From Hormiphora californensis (lineage: Eukaryota; Animalia; Ctenophora), in assembly GCA_020137815.1 (NCBI GenBank), contig CM035355.1:6510001-6574000 (forward strand): 64,000 bases of DNA, in the 5' to 3' direction. Below the pieces are notes generated by a model. That model was given only the letters and a program-made list of their open reading frames with translations, ran no database searches and was not told the DNA's origin. The translations under genes and the position numbers were made by a program. Positions 38,837-51,835 of this stretch are shown one piece after another. Numbering within the stretch: the stretch's first letter is position 1; each line of letters starts with the position of its first letter.

Positions 38837-41800
38837 ATGCTGATTACACAGGTAAGAGTTCTAGAGATTTTGATATTTGTTTGTTCGTTTGTTAGCTGTT
38901 CAGTGTTTCAGTATTCTATTTGTTATAGAGATTTGCTGTCAGGCCAATGCTCTGACCACAGTTCTCGCACGCTCCTTATTTGAAAGAAATGAGAATAGGG
39001 TCAGGCCAATGCTCTGACAGGAGATTTGTTTATTTGTTTGTTTATTTGCTGTGCACTGTTTCAATATGTTGTTTGTTTGTTTGTTTGTTGTTAGTTGTTC
39101 AGTGTTGTACCTACAGTGTTTCAATACGCTGTTTGTGGTTCCGTACATCCCCTCCCCGCACGTGTCAGCTAGACATATCCCATTCCCATGCTGCACTTTA
39201 GTCTTCACTGATCCTGATATCAACTTCTAAAAGAGCTGTAGTGCTCTGCACCTTGTATACTTCTTGACACGTCACACCACCCTAGTGTGGCATATACTGT
39301 GACACACCCCTGATTATGATAGTGGGACAGCTCTTTGTATTTCCTGTGTCGAGTGTGTCGACAACCAGCTTTAGTAGCATCAGAACCTGACAGTCGACAA
39401 CCAGCTATCGACAGTAGATGTTTAGATCTAGTGTCATATACTGTCGAGTCTGTGGTACATCCCTCCAGAATGCAATGTGCGACACACCACTCATATATAT
39501 TGGTCATCTTACCTCCTGTTCCCTAATGTTCATTTGATGCATTCATTGGGTATGTGATCCCAATCCCTGGTGTTTCAACCTTGCATGATACGAGTATAGA
39601 AACTTCCCAAGCAATTAGTTCCCACCTGATTGCTGGCCACATTTCCGTCCACTGTGATTGATCCCTTGTTAGTCAATTATTATCCAGCGGATTGGGTTCA
39701 CATCTCATAGTTGTGCAGATTTCCCAATCACAGTTCCGTGAACTCTAGTTATCCATTCAGTATGGCATGCAAGATTGGCATCCAATCAATATTACAGAAC
39801 TAATTTCCGTAGATTGGGTTCCTCAATTCTCCCAATCAGTTATCAGCACTGGTATGGAATCTCACCCAATCAACATATTTCCGATCAATTTCCTGTTATC
39901 CAATTATAGGAGGGGGTCACAACTGACAAGCTTCTATCTTGAGATATCTCGCATTTCCACTATAACTCTACTATCTCACAAAGTAATTAGTGATTAGAGA
40001 AAGGAAGGCAACCGTAAAAGATTCCACTCCCAGCGATATGCTTCTCCCAATCTAACTAAAACTAAGGATTCCCACTATCGTGTTTTATATCACCCCCCCT
40101 CCTATAAAACAATACTGACAAGGTGAATAAACACAGCTGGTTGATATTTGCCCGTTTTTACTGGTAGCGCAGTGATCCGTTTCTCATCAAGATAGATGTG
40201 AAAACACAGCTGGTCACCCTATAATATTCTTTCTATCATAATATCTAGATCTGTAACGGCTTCACAAGCTGCACCCTAGATGACAGAGAGAGAGTCTCTC
40301 TCCCTCTCCTTTTCAGTTCTCAGAGAGACTCTCTCTACCGGGGAGCTGCACCTTTATACTTTTATATTTTAGTACCCCTCAACTTTCAGTTCTCAATCAC
40401 TCCCTTTTGAGGTAGTGGCGCCTTCACTGTGGTACTATATGGTTATTAGCTTCAGTAAAGCTGCTTCACGATGTTGCAATATTGCGGCTTTTGAATCATT
40501 GAAACTTTGACGAACCCGCACCCCTCTCATTAGCATAACTCCCTCCTTTTTCGGCTTGCCTTTCTTCTTTCTGGTATTGCTTTGTAGACTAGGGAGATTC
40601 TATAACGCGGAGAGTAATCATATAGCATCGGGAAGAAAGTGCACATTTGGGCTATTATCGGGTCCCATAGTGCGAATTACAGTGCTTAGCCGGCCACCTA
40701 GAGATCATTGCAGTTGTTCTAACAAAATAAGGTGGGGGAGTTGTATCACTAACGACATTCACAATTCAAATGTGCTTAGTTCATTTCTGGATGCGCTCAG
40801 AGGGGCAGTCCTTCGGTTTACTCCCTCCCTTGCATTATCTGTCTTTCTCTCTCTTACTATCTTCATTTCTTCTCTTTATCTGTCCTCTGCCTTCGCTAAG
40901 GTTAATGATTTTGCAACTCATTTTATTCGTTCAATCCATATAAAACTGAACCTTCAGCCAAGATAACGCCAGGTTATAGAGTACTCATTTCTCTGCTATC
41001 TCTCGCTTTCTCATTACTCCCAGGTTCATTAAAAATCTTGATTGGATTGTGCTTTATATCGCTAAATGGCCTTTTCGCCGCTGCTCCTCCTTCTTCATAA
41101 GTTGTCTCACCACCCAATTACCATCTTTATCATATTAATCCTGATCCCCTCCTTTTGATTCGGTGATTCCTTGTCGAGTGATCCCTTCCCTTGATCACCC
41201 CCGGCAGTAATAGCGGTCCCTTTACTTAGCAAGCTATAGTATATAGGGCGTGACAAATCTACTCAATAAATTAGTCTGCTACGACACACAGAGAAATATC
41301 TTCTCACAGCTTCACTTACTGTCTCTGAAATAGTAGATCCAAGTTAGTAAAATAAATCCCACTAGATCTCACACTCCCACCGACCAAACCCCTGTAATAT
41401 TTACTCTGACTCTTTGTCAGTTTATCACCACTCCCCCAATCACACTTGTCAATGTTTGTCAATGTATCCACTCTCCATCCCACACTCACACTTGTCACAT
41501 AGTGGTTAACCCCACCCACACCTACCCTGTCACAATGTGTTGTTCTCCACCCACCCCTACCCTGTCACCATATATCCCCACTCTAAACCATTCAGTTTAG
41601 GGTTAACCACTGCCAGGCCAATGCTCTGACAGGTTTACCATGCACAACAAGGATCCCTCCTCCTCCCTCCCTCCCTTCACTGGACAGTTGTCATGCTTGT
41701 TACAAATATGTGCCCGCAACATTATGTTGTCACATTTAATTTATTCATACCTCGCCCCCCTCTTTAGAGCGCAGCCTAGAGATGTAGGCTCTTTCAGCTC

Positions 41801-43803
41801 TCTATCTCCACCCCAATTTCTCCTCTCTCTCTCCCCTATAGACCTTGCTAACTGGCAGGATATCTCTCTCTGATTAGAATTTCATCTGCCTGTCACGTGC
41901 ATCCCTGTCACGTGTCAATCTAGACCCCGTCTTATTGGAAGTTGAGTGATAGGAACCCATTTACATAAATTACTGATTGGGTGTGCTTCAGTGGTACACT
42001 CAAGTTACCTGAGCCGTGTAACATTAGACCACCCCGCACTACCTCCCTCTCTTTAATCTCTGTCAGTGTTTTAAGTTTCCCTTCCGTTTGTGTTTCCGTG
42101 TCTGTCAGATTTTGAGTTTTTCCACAACCTGCTTTTTGTCAGTAGTTGCTCCATTGTGTCAGTTTCGAGTTTTTTGATATTTTGTTAACCTTTCCTAACC
42201 CTCCCTTCCTATCTTTTAGAGAAAGGCACTACCACTTCTGAATTTCCACAACAAAGTCCAACTGATCTACCTTGAACATAAGATGCACATTGTCGCTGAC
42301 TCCTACGTTATCCTGAATGAGATTTCCAGGTAAGAACTAACCGAAAGTAGTTGTTATTTTCTTGTAATATGATAAAGTTGTTGGATTACCCGTTATTAAC
42401 CTATTTCTAACCTATTTCTAACCCGCTTCTTCCTTCCTTAGGTGTGGTTTTGGTTCAGTTCACCTTGGGACTCATGTAAAGAACAGGGAGATAGTGGCAG
42501 TGAAGTTCATACCTACCAACGTTACTCCCTCCTTTAATCACAGTGTTGTTAAAAAACTGTGTGCTGCCTACCAGGGATCTGTTGACTTGGTAAGAATACT
42601 TGTAGTGTGCAGATATGCAGATGTAATATGCAGTTTTATATGATTCCCTCGCAGAAGCCACTGTGCTAAATCTCTGTGTGAGGGACAGTGTTGCCTGTCA
42701 TATCTGTGACAGAGCATGTTAATTCTTACTTATGATAAACAACCAGTCTGATAAAAGTTTCTAACCCGTTCTCTCTCCCCTCAGAGTCTTGGTAAACTTC
42801 CCGCTGAGTTTGTGTATGCCAGTGTGTGCAGGTCCCCTGAAGTGATCCGATATGACGCGTGCTACATTGATCAGGGTTGTTGGGCCATGGTGATGGAATT
42901 TGCTGAAGGGTTCTCAATTCTACGTGATCATGTTATATCTCATGGACCACTGGATCTTGCATCTCTTTTCAAGGTAACTAGAGTTTTACAACATTTCCAA
43001 AGTCTAGAATTCTAGAGTTTCTACTTGAACTAGACAAATCTACTGTCACTACACGGTACTACCAGTACTGAATCCTAACCCTTGACATGAGTACTAAAAC
43101 CTCTCTCTCTCCCCACAGATAACTAAACAGTTAGCAGTAGCCCTGAACACATGTGTAGTGAATGGTGTTGACCACAGGGGCCTGTCCGTGGAGAACGTCC
43201 TTTACAATCCTAACACTAAACAGATCAAATTGGTCGGATTTGGGCATGCAACCGGCCTTTCCGCTGACAAAGAACCGTAAGTTTAAAATGATACTACTCC
43301 CATTAATTTTTAATTTTACCAGTCCCTGTAATCCGAATCTTGTACCCTGATCCCTGACCACAGTTTTGTTCCCAGGTATAAAGCCCCCAAGGACAAGTCC
43401 AACCTGCCCCCTGAGGCCATCAAGTTCGGATCCTGCAGCCCTCTCCAGACCCTCGTGTGGAGGTAAGCTTTCTTAGAAACTAGGGGGGAAGGTGATAACT
43501 GGAATTTAACAAATCTCGATGTGTTTCTTGAAATTTTGGGGTGGTTCTAGAAAGGCATAATTACGAAGTTAGTTTGATTTTAAATCATGGTTCTCTAACT
43601 CTCCTTTCTTCTTCAGATTTGGTTCAATTCTCAAGTTCTGTATGCTCGGTACCGGCCGACTATCCCGACTCAACTCAGCCAGCTCCCCCCGTACAACATC
43701 CAACAACCCCATTGAGTTCCTGATTAAGAGGTGTCTAGATGACGATCCCAGGACCCGGATCCTTTTCTCCAACCTCCAGAAACATGTGACGTCACAAATC
43801 TGA
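38837..43803 (+). CDS. PIM/CAMK-like pseudokinase (HRG, GFG); the 38837 start exon is tentative, with an alternative ATG at 42283
   Basis: Spliced: R|CGFGSVHLG, VAVKFIP, LPAE, MVMEF, GVDHRGLSVENVL, IKLVGFG, LPPE, LVWR|FG, LIKRCLDDDPRTR. Frame stays open across the exons. Confidence 0.8.
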
Positions 43804-44554
43804 AGAGCTTGATCTCATCATGATCCACGTGATCGGTTTGCAATTGTTGGATTCTGTTCCTGAAGGCTGTGTTGGGAAAGACAATGGCTTGGTTCTGACA
43901 TCACACAATGCGAGAAAATCAAAAGACTGTTCGCTGTTCAACTTTTTATACATGAAAATGATGATTGATTATTGTTATTTTATTCTGTCTGTTGGTTATT
44001 TATGTTCACAAACCACCACAAAATACGACTATTTTACTCTTCTTCAATGACGAACGGCCGAATAAAATTAAAAGGCCGCTGGCCAGAAATGAGCCGTGGA
44101 ATAATAATAATAATATTTACCAGTTGGGTGTCAATAAGAGCTTTTGACTTGACGTGTGATACACAGCTGCTGTCCCTGGCCCTTCTCAAACAAATAATAG
44201 CCAGTGGGGTAGAAACCAATCAGGGAGAACAAAGAACGGACCCCCCTGACCCCCTGTAATTGGGTAGCCACCGGTTGACATCCTACCATATAGTTTTTGT
44301 TCACCTATTGTAGCACCCGGTGGGCCACCACCCGGTTTTTCTACCCTTTGTCTTCTTTTATTCTTAAAATTCACGAGAGGGAGTGAGAGTAGGTAAAGCG
44401 AGAGGGAGTGAGAAACACATTTAAAATGGTATCATCATCTGTTTCCATTTCTCTCAATTCCCTGTAGAATCTCACACCTGCTTCACAGCTGTGGAGAGAA
44501 GATAAAAGTCCCACCCCGCCCCTCCCATAGTACGACCGATATTCTTTCGATATT

Positions 44555-46889
44555 ATGTTGCTATTTGTTCTTTGTGCACTGTTCAGCCCTGTTGCGGCCA
44601 AGGGTAGTGTCGGGATAGTCCACATGCACGGAGTGTTGGAAGGGTACTATGAGCATAATAATTTCAAGAATCATATTGAGAGGAATCTGGGAATTGAAGT
44701 TCATCTTTTAGATGTGAGTGGTCAGTGGGTGATGACCTGCAATCGATGGAAGATCGATACGAGGGCTGAATCGTGTACTTTTAAGCACATTTCCGCGCGC
44801 GCAATGTACAAATTGTATAGCAGCGCGGTGTTTACTGCATGTCTTGCATCGCGCCTTACAAACATAACATCTTGACGAGACTGCCTGGCATTCTGGCACG
44901 AATCTTTCAAAACGGCGATTGCCGGACGCCTTTGCAATATAACATCCAGGACTAGTATTTCTCTAGTTTACATAGTTTCCTCAGGCATACAACTATGCAG
45001 CGAGTGTGACCCCCATTAAGACTCAAGTGAAGAATGTCGGGGAGATGGTTAGAGAGATAGCTAGTCAGTACGACCATATCATTGCTGTTGGATACTCTCA
45101 GGTAACTAGATAAACAGGGCTGGTAAAACATATTCTGATTTCGATTTCCATGTTACATGGCCTGTTGGTGATTACAAAAACCCCTGGTTACATCATTCTG
45201 GAGGCACCGACCCGATATGGGCGCACTGCCAGGATAAATAAATCACATCCCATCTTCTTTGAACTCTCACTCTCGTCCAGGGAGGGGTAGTTTTAAGGGG
45301 TGTTATTGAAGAGTGGGATAACCACAATGTTGCCATGTTTATTCTCCCTCGCATCACCCCAACACGGTGTCTATGGATCACCTCCCCTTGCTGAACACTT
45401 TATCCCATTCCTGGACTGGTACGCCAAGAATGGATTTTACAAGGTCCTTTACACATCTGTCTTCCAGAGACTTGGACTGTTCAATTACTACTTAGGCAAG
45501 TTAATAAACATTCCAAGCTTTCTGTTTTAATTGCACAAAGGTCAAAGTTCTACCATTCTCTCATTCTATCTCTTGCCATGCTACGCAGTCTGTCTGTTCG
45601 GCACATTAAGCGCCTTCGGGCTCGCGTAAGCTCACACCGGGCCTTCGGCACGGTGTGAGAGCCGACAGACTGGGAACATGTCAATCTATTTCCTGTGACC
45701 TCATCTATTACCCCTTCCCACAGATCCGACCCATTATGAGATGTATCTTGAATCAGTGGAATACTTCCCCCGTATGAATAACGAGAGAGAGGGCGAGGAG
45801 GGAGCCGAGCAAAGAAAGATCAACTTCAGTAAACTCAGGAAATTGGTGCTAATTGGGGGACCTGGTGAGGACGTTATTGATCCTTGGCAGTCAACGTAAG
45901 TTAATTGGCTTTGAAAACTTAAACAAATTATTGATCACATGCAACTTAGGGGGGAGACACACTGAGGTTGGTCGCGCGTGTTCAACTCTCAACCTCGCGA
46001 CACACACTGAAGTTCGAAGTTCGAAGTTTCGCGGAAAAGTTCAAAGTTTCGCGAAAACCCATTTTCGGCTGAGAAATTATTTGTAAGATGCTAGTTTATT
46101 TACTGGTACATCTCTCGAGTGTCCTTTATCAATACCGGGTCAATTTCACCGTTTTTAAAATTTTTGGTGAATTGGGCCAACTGTGACCGGATTAGCCAAA
46201 AATTTCAAAAACGGTGAAATTGACTCAGTTTGGATAAAGGACACCTCGAGAGATGTACCAGTAAATAAGTTAGCCTCTTACAAATGATTTCTCATATCAG
46301 CCGAAAATGGGGTTTCGCGAAACTTCGAACTTCGAACTTTAGTGTGTGTCGCGAGGTTGAGATTTGAACGAGCGTGCTCAACTTCAGTGTGTCTCCCCCC
46401 TTTATTCTTTACTACAACTCACATTAATAAAAAGGTGGGGGTAGAGAAATAGAAGGAAACAGAAGATATTAACCCCTTTTTCCCCAATTACAGCCAGTTT
46501 GGTTACTACACTGAGTTTGGATTTGATGGTTATGTCGTACCCATGGAGAAGACAAGGGTGAGTCATATTCTGTCAGGCCAATGCTCTGACCACAGTTCTC
46601 GCGCGATCCGTCAGGCCAATGCTCTGACAGGTCATATTCAGCTTATCTTGTAATCTAAACCCAAAGTCTAAATGTTTGTCCGTTTGTTGGATATCACCCC
46701 TCACATCTCCTTCCCCACCAGTTCTACAAGGAAGATCTCTTTGGACTCCGGACACTAGCCCAAAGTGGGAGGGTGGTACGGTGCACCTATGACGGGATAA
46801 ATCATCTTCAGTTTAGAGACCACAAGGGGATGCTTGAAACTTGTGTTCTTCCCGCAATTTCAGGCATTGTGAAGGAGCTATCTGATTGA
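44555..46889 (+). CDS. PPT2: Lysosomal palmitoyl-protein thioesterase (PPT2-like); apparent +1 frameshift near 45340
   Basis: Signal peptide, HMHGV, VGYSQ|GG nucleophile elbow, SLASPQHGVYG, LVLIGGPGEDVIDPWQS, EDLFGLRTL, GINH. Confidence 0.82.
45949..46400. mobile_element. ~450-bp near-perfect palindromic MITE in a PPT2 intron
   Basis: ggggggagacacactga ... tcagtgtgtctcccccc; arms complementary along almost the whole length. Confidence 0.85.
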
Positions 46890-47305
46890 TTTTATGTTAT
46901 TTTAGTTGTTGTCATTATGAAATACCGTGTATTTAGTGTTTTCTGAGAATGTGAGGCGTGTCGATCACACACACACAGGTAGGGGAGTGTTATATCATGT
47001 CGAGTCTGTCGAGTGTCGACACATGAAAACGGTCTGGCGGCACCGACCAGATCTGAGCCAGACACTAGACAGCTTGAAAGCGGAAGTGTAGGCCTTCTTA
47101 CTCCGGGGGTTGATCTGCTCCCACGCACCAACATGGATGTGCTGGCCACCCATTGTGCAAGCAACTATAACATCAACACAGTGGCACATTTCCGGCTATC
47201 TGTTACTTGTTTTGAGCTTTATACTTTAGTAGTAGCTGAACCAATCAAATCGGTTGTTTGAGGAGGGTGCGGTTCCAATAAAATCGGTAGTTTGAAGGGT
47301 GCAAA

Positions 47306-50300
47306 ATGCCGGAGTCAGTCGACCGTAATTTTGATGATGGAAAGCTAACAAGGGAAGATTTCTATACTACTAGAGATCTAACTTCTGATTATTTCCAAGT
47401 TGTCCGTGAGGTAAGGTTCACTAATTGCGAGCCTTTCAATTCAAGCATATTTCTTGTTCTCCATCTACCAGCCTACCACGAGTCTGTACCCACACCAAAA
47501 ATATAGCTCAGAATAATTATTCAAAATTCCCGCCCCATAAAATTGCACCCCCTGAAGAATCCCACATCACCCAAAAATTCACCCTGATCCCCCACCCCCA
47601 CAGAAAAGTAGGCCTGTATGGTGTCGGATCCAATGGTTTCTAGTCACCCTTGGGTTCCTGGGTGTCACTGCATACATGGTATACAATCTCCTGAAGAACT
47701 ACCTGAAGTTTGAGTCGTACGATAGTGTTTCAGTGCAGTGGGTCAGCTCCCTCGCTCTCCCTGCCAGTAAGTTTTTTAGGTCAGTTTCAGTAGTTTTTTA
47801 GGTTTTTTTGTAGGTGTCTTCTACCTGCCAGTAAGTTATCTGCTGTCTGGCGCCGCGGACCCCATCTGAGCGCTCTGTCGGGGTCTGGCGCCGCCAGACT
47901 GGTTACATGCTATTGTTTTACGACCGTCTGAGAATTGGTAATGAAATTAGGGGCGACTCAAGTCTGAGAAGATATTGTCAAGCTAGACTGTTCGTTGCGA
48001 TGGCTTTTTATCTCTTTCTCATCTCTTTCTCCCTATCTATCTCCATCTTTTTTACAGTAACGATATGTAATGTGAACCCCATGAACTACAACAGTCTAAA
48101 GAAAAACTATAAAGCGCAAACAGTAAGTGGTTTGGGTTGTACAAATAATCTCACAGTTTGTATATGGAGTTGTAGAACCTGTCAGAGCTTTGGCCTAACA
48201 GTGGCCCAATTTTCATTTCGCACGAGAACCGCAGTCACAGCATTGGCCTGACAGTATAGAACTCGATCTGTATAATTGTAATATAGGTACCTACAACCAA
48301 TTCAAAATTCTACTCAAATGTGTCTTACCGAGCTCTTCCCTCTTTCTTCATTCACTAATAATACTTTCCTTTCAGCTAACCGACTTTCTGGAGCTGGCTG
48401 CCGATATTGCAAAGTACGCAGGTGAAAATTTGACCCGTTATACTACGGATGAATTGGTTGACGAAATGGAATCTATCGACCAGGATTTCATCCAGGGGGA
48501 GGCGGATGTGTTTCGAGACAACAATTACGAGATGGACGACCTATTAGTTGGATTGAAGATTGAACATCCCGTTTTCACGTTAGTCTCATCACATGCCCAT
48601 ATATGGGCAGTATTCCACATTATTGAGTTTCATACCCAAATATGGTCATACTCGCACTAGTTCAAATTAGAGTTTCAAGATTAATTTGATTTGATAAGAG
48701 TAGTAAATATATCCATGGTTGTGAACCACCTGTTGCGGCCATGATACGAACGAGTAAAAGTAACGGCGATTGGCCAAACAGTACTTATTTAATCTGCTGG
48801 TGATTATATGTAAAGTCCAGTCAAAGTACTACTAAAAATATTTATCATCTAGATTGGCGGGAAAGTGGATGAGTGAGGACAATATAACAATGACATACCA
48901 TAAACTGGGTCACTGTATTGAAATAAACAATGATGAGAGTATGATTCAAACCGTAGGTAAGATACACAATGAGAGAGAATCAAATCAAATAAAACCCGAT
49001 TGATACACAAAAATTATCAATACAACTATATATATATATTCCATTTATTAATTAATTATTCAATTAGGTGGATATCGAGGAGGGTTAACAATTGATCTAG
49101 ATGTAAAATCTGATACATACTTGCCAACCACGGTATGTATAAATGGTTTTTGTTACATATTTTTGCGATCTTAATATAATTTATAGGTACATTAACCACA
49201 TTAATTTGTCATTAGTTCAATGTTGATTGTCGATTCAGCACGAGACAGCTCAATCGATCCAATTACTAGTTCATTAAATCATTACTAATTGTGCCTCTTT
49301 CCAGTCACAAATAGGGTTCATGGTGTATCTGAGGTCATTGAATGAAACTGTTGTTCTTGATAAAGACGGCATTCTGGTAACCCCTGGAAGTGAAAGCTTA
49401 ATCTCAATTGAAAAACATAAGGTAAGGGAGTGAAATCAAATAAAAACACGTTGAATTCACGATCGATATGTAGCACACGCGCTCAGTATTTTCCCAGCTG
49501 CTACATTTTACTACCAAAAATAACTCCAACAGGTTGAAAGGTTAAAGCCCCGGTACGGAACATGTCAAAATGAGTCCAGTATATTCAGCAAAGGAACAAT
49601 TGAGACTACCAGAGAGTGTCTTCAGTCTATGTGGTTGAATATTAGTGCAGAGTATTGCGGTTGTGTTCCGTGGTTCCTCATTGACAAGTAAGTGAAGGGG
49701 AATATGATATGAAGTTGTTGAGTAAGATGTGGAGAAGGAGAATGGAGATCTCTCCCTCCTTACTAAATGAATAATAATTATATTCACAATATGCAGGAGT
49801 AAGAATAACTAAATGCTCATATTGATTAGGAAGGAGAGATGTGAAGAAGCTTTGATCTACACTATTTTGATACTATACTGAGAATTAAGCGATCCATATT
49901 AAAGTTTATACCACTTTTAGGCTGGAAGAACTGGGGAGAAAGGAAGAGATAGCGAAATGGATTACAGTTTCGCTAGACGACGGAGAGGTGTTTAATTGGA
50001 CCCAATATGAAACTGGAGAAATGGATCAAGATACATACATGTGTGGTTATTCTACTTACTCTCTCTGTGAAGCTTATGTTATGGGTAAATTGAAGTTATA
50101 AATTATTTTTGGTGACCCTACTTTCAATACTTCAGCAAGAATGAATCACCCTTCTTCGTGTAGGTCATATAAACAGATAAAAAGATCCTATAACAAGTAC
50201 AATTGTAGTTATATCCCCGAGTTATCCACTTGCTAAGCTAAACTGTGTTTCGGGCGCCCCACCTTCCTTTACAAATGTAAAGGGAGGGTTAGAACAAAAC

Positions 50301-51276
50301 AAGTATCCACCCGTTTTAAAACCACCTCCCATTTTCAGATAAATTTAATAACGCGACATGGATGGCTTCCTCGCCCTTCAAAACAGTGTGTAAGGAACCA
50401 TGCAAATATTACAAGTACGAGTATTCGTTGGATTTCAGCGACGTAAGTGTATAAGTTAAACAGTTGAATCAATCGTTTAAATTAATAAATGTTAACTTGT
50501 AGATTGTTAAACATAATCAGAATCTAGTAATCACCAAATTATTCTGCAGTTCCCAGTAAGTGAGGAGTACTTTAACACAATGATGGGAGATTTTGATAAA
50601 AACTATACTTATGTCTCTAATAACTTTGCAAGGTAAATAAGTAATTCACAAAACTCACAAAACTACAATTTATAAAGATTTAAAGTGTCATTTGAACTGT
50701 TCAGAGTTGGTTGTTACTTGTTTGAAGAACTAAACCTTTCCATTATTTCAGGCTTCACATATTTTACGAAGATCTAAAGCTGACGACAATAACCCAAAGT
50801 GCATCATACGAGATATTCAACTTTGTAGGTGAGTGGTTTCAATGGCCTGACCCTATTCTCATTTCGAGAACCGCGTGATCAGAGCAGAGGTTGGCACAGA
50901 TAAGCAATGATACCTGGCTCTGACTAAGTACTAATAATTTGTAAAATATCACTTATAAATTGTATCATACATATTGTCAAATCGAATACAGTATCCTAAT
51001 GATTTCATTATTTCAGCTGAACTGGGAGGACTGGTTGATCTAATGATTGGATTCTCGTTCTTTACTTGCTTCCAACTTTTGGAGATTTTCATTGCTTATG
51101 TGATATTCCGGTGTTGTAAGAGGGGACCACCACCTCCTCCAGGACCAAGAGACCCAGAGCGGGCCGGACCCCCACCCCCAGGGGGAAGGAGACCAAGAGC
51201 CGGGGACATTGAACTGCATAGAAGTGACAATGGAATCATGAGAAGTCCGACTGGATTTCTTGGGTTCAAATTTTAA
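47306..51276 (+). CDS. DEG/ENaC (ASIC-like) ion channel subunit; multi-exon
   Basis: TM1 WFLVTLGFLGVTAYMVY, LPA|xTICNVN, GHCIEIN, GLTIDL, RLKPRYGTC, CGCVPW, LHIFYEDL, TM2 AELGGLVDLMIGFSFFT. Confidence 0.9.
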
Positions 51277-51835
51277 GTGATGATGCTGTTAAGTTATATT
51301 TATTGAACTCTCTAACCTAAATTAAGTCATAAATTAAGCGTAATATCAAGTGTTATGAAACTTAAAAACACAGCGACGCGAGCAAAAAAAGGTCAAAACA
51401 CAGGAATTCACACATCTGGAACAGCTCAAATTTGCTGCCGCACTCGATTCTGCTTTACTTCGAGTTCTACGCGCGGATTATTACGGCGCGCAAATAAAAT
51501 TTGTCTCGCGCGCGTGATTTAGCCCTTTCAAGGTGAAAAGTCGCGTTGGATGAAAGTGTGTAAGGATCTGGCGTTTGGACGCTCTTCAGTTTCAACTTCT
51601 CTATTTGGCTGTTATCGGTACGTTACACCTCCCATTTTCGTTAATTTCTGATAATTTAAAAGCCCACAAAACTGCTCCTTCAAGACTTCCAGGACACACT
51701 TTATTTCAATGTCAACTCTGTATGTGTCCTGGTCGTTTGAAGTAGCAGTATTACGGGTTTGAAATTCTTGTTTAACTTCGCATTATCCAATCTCTCCTTT
51801 CTCAGGTTGTCCCGTTGCTTTTAAAACAACTCAAC

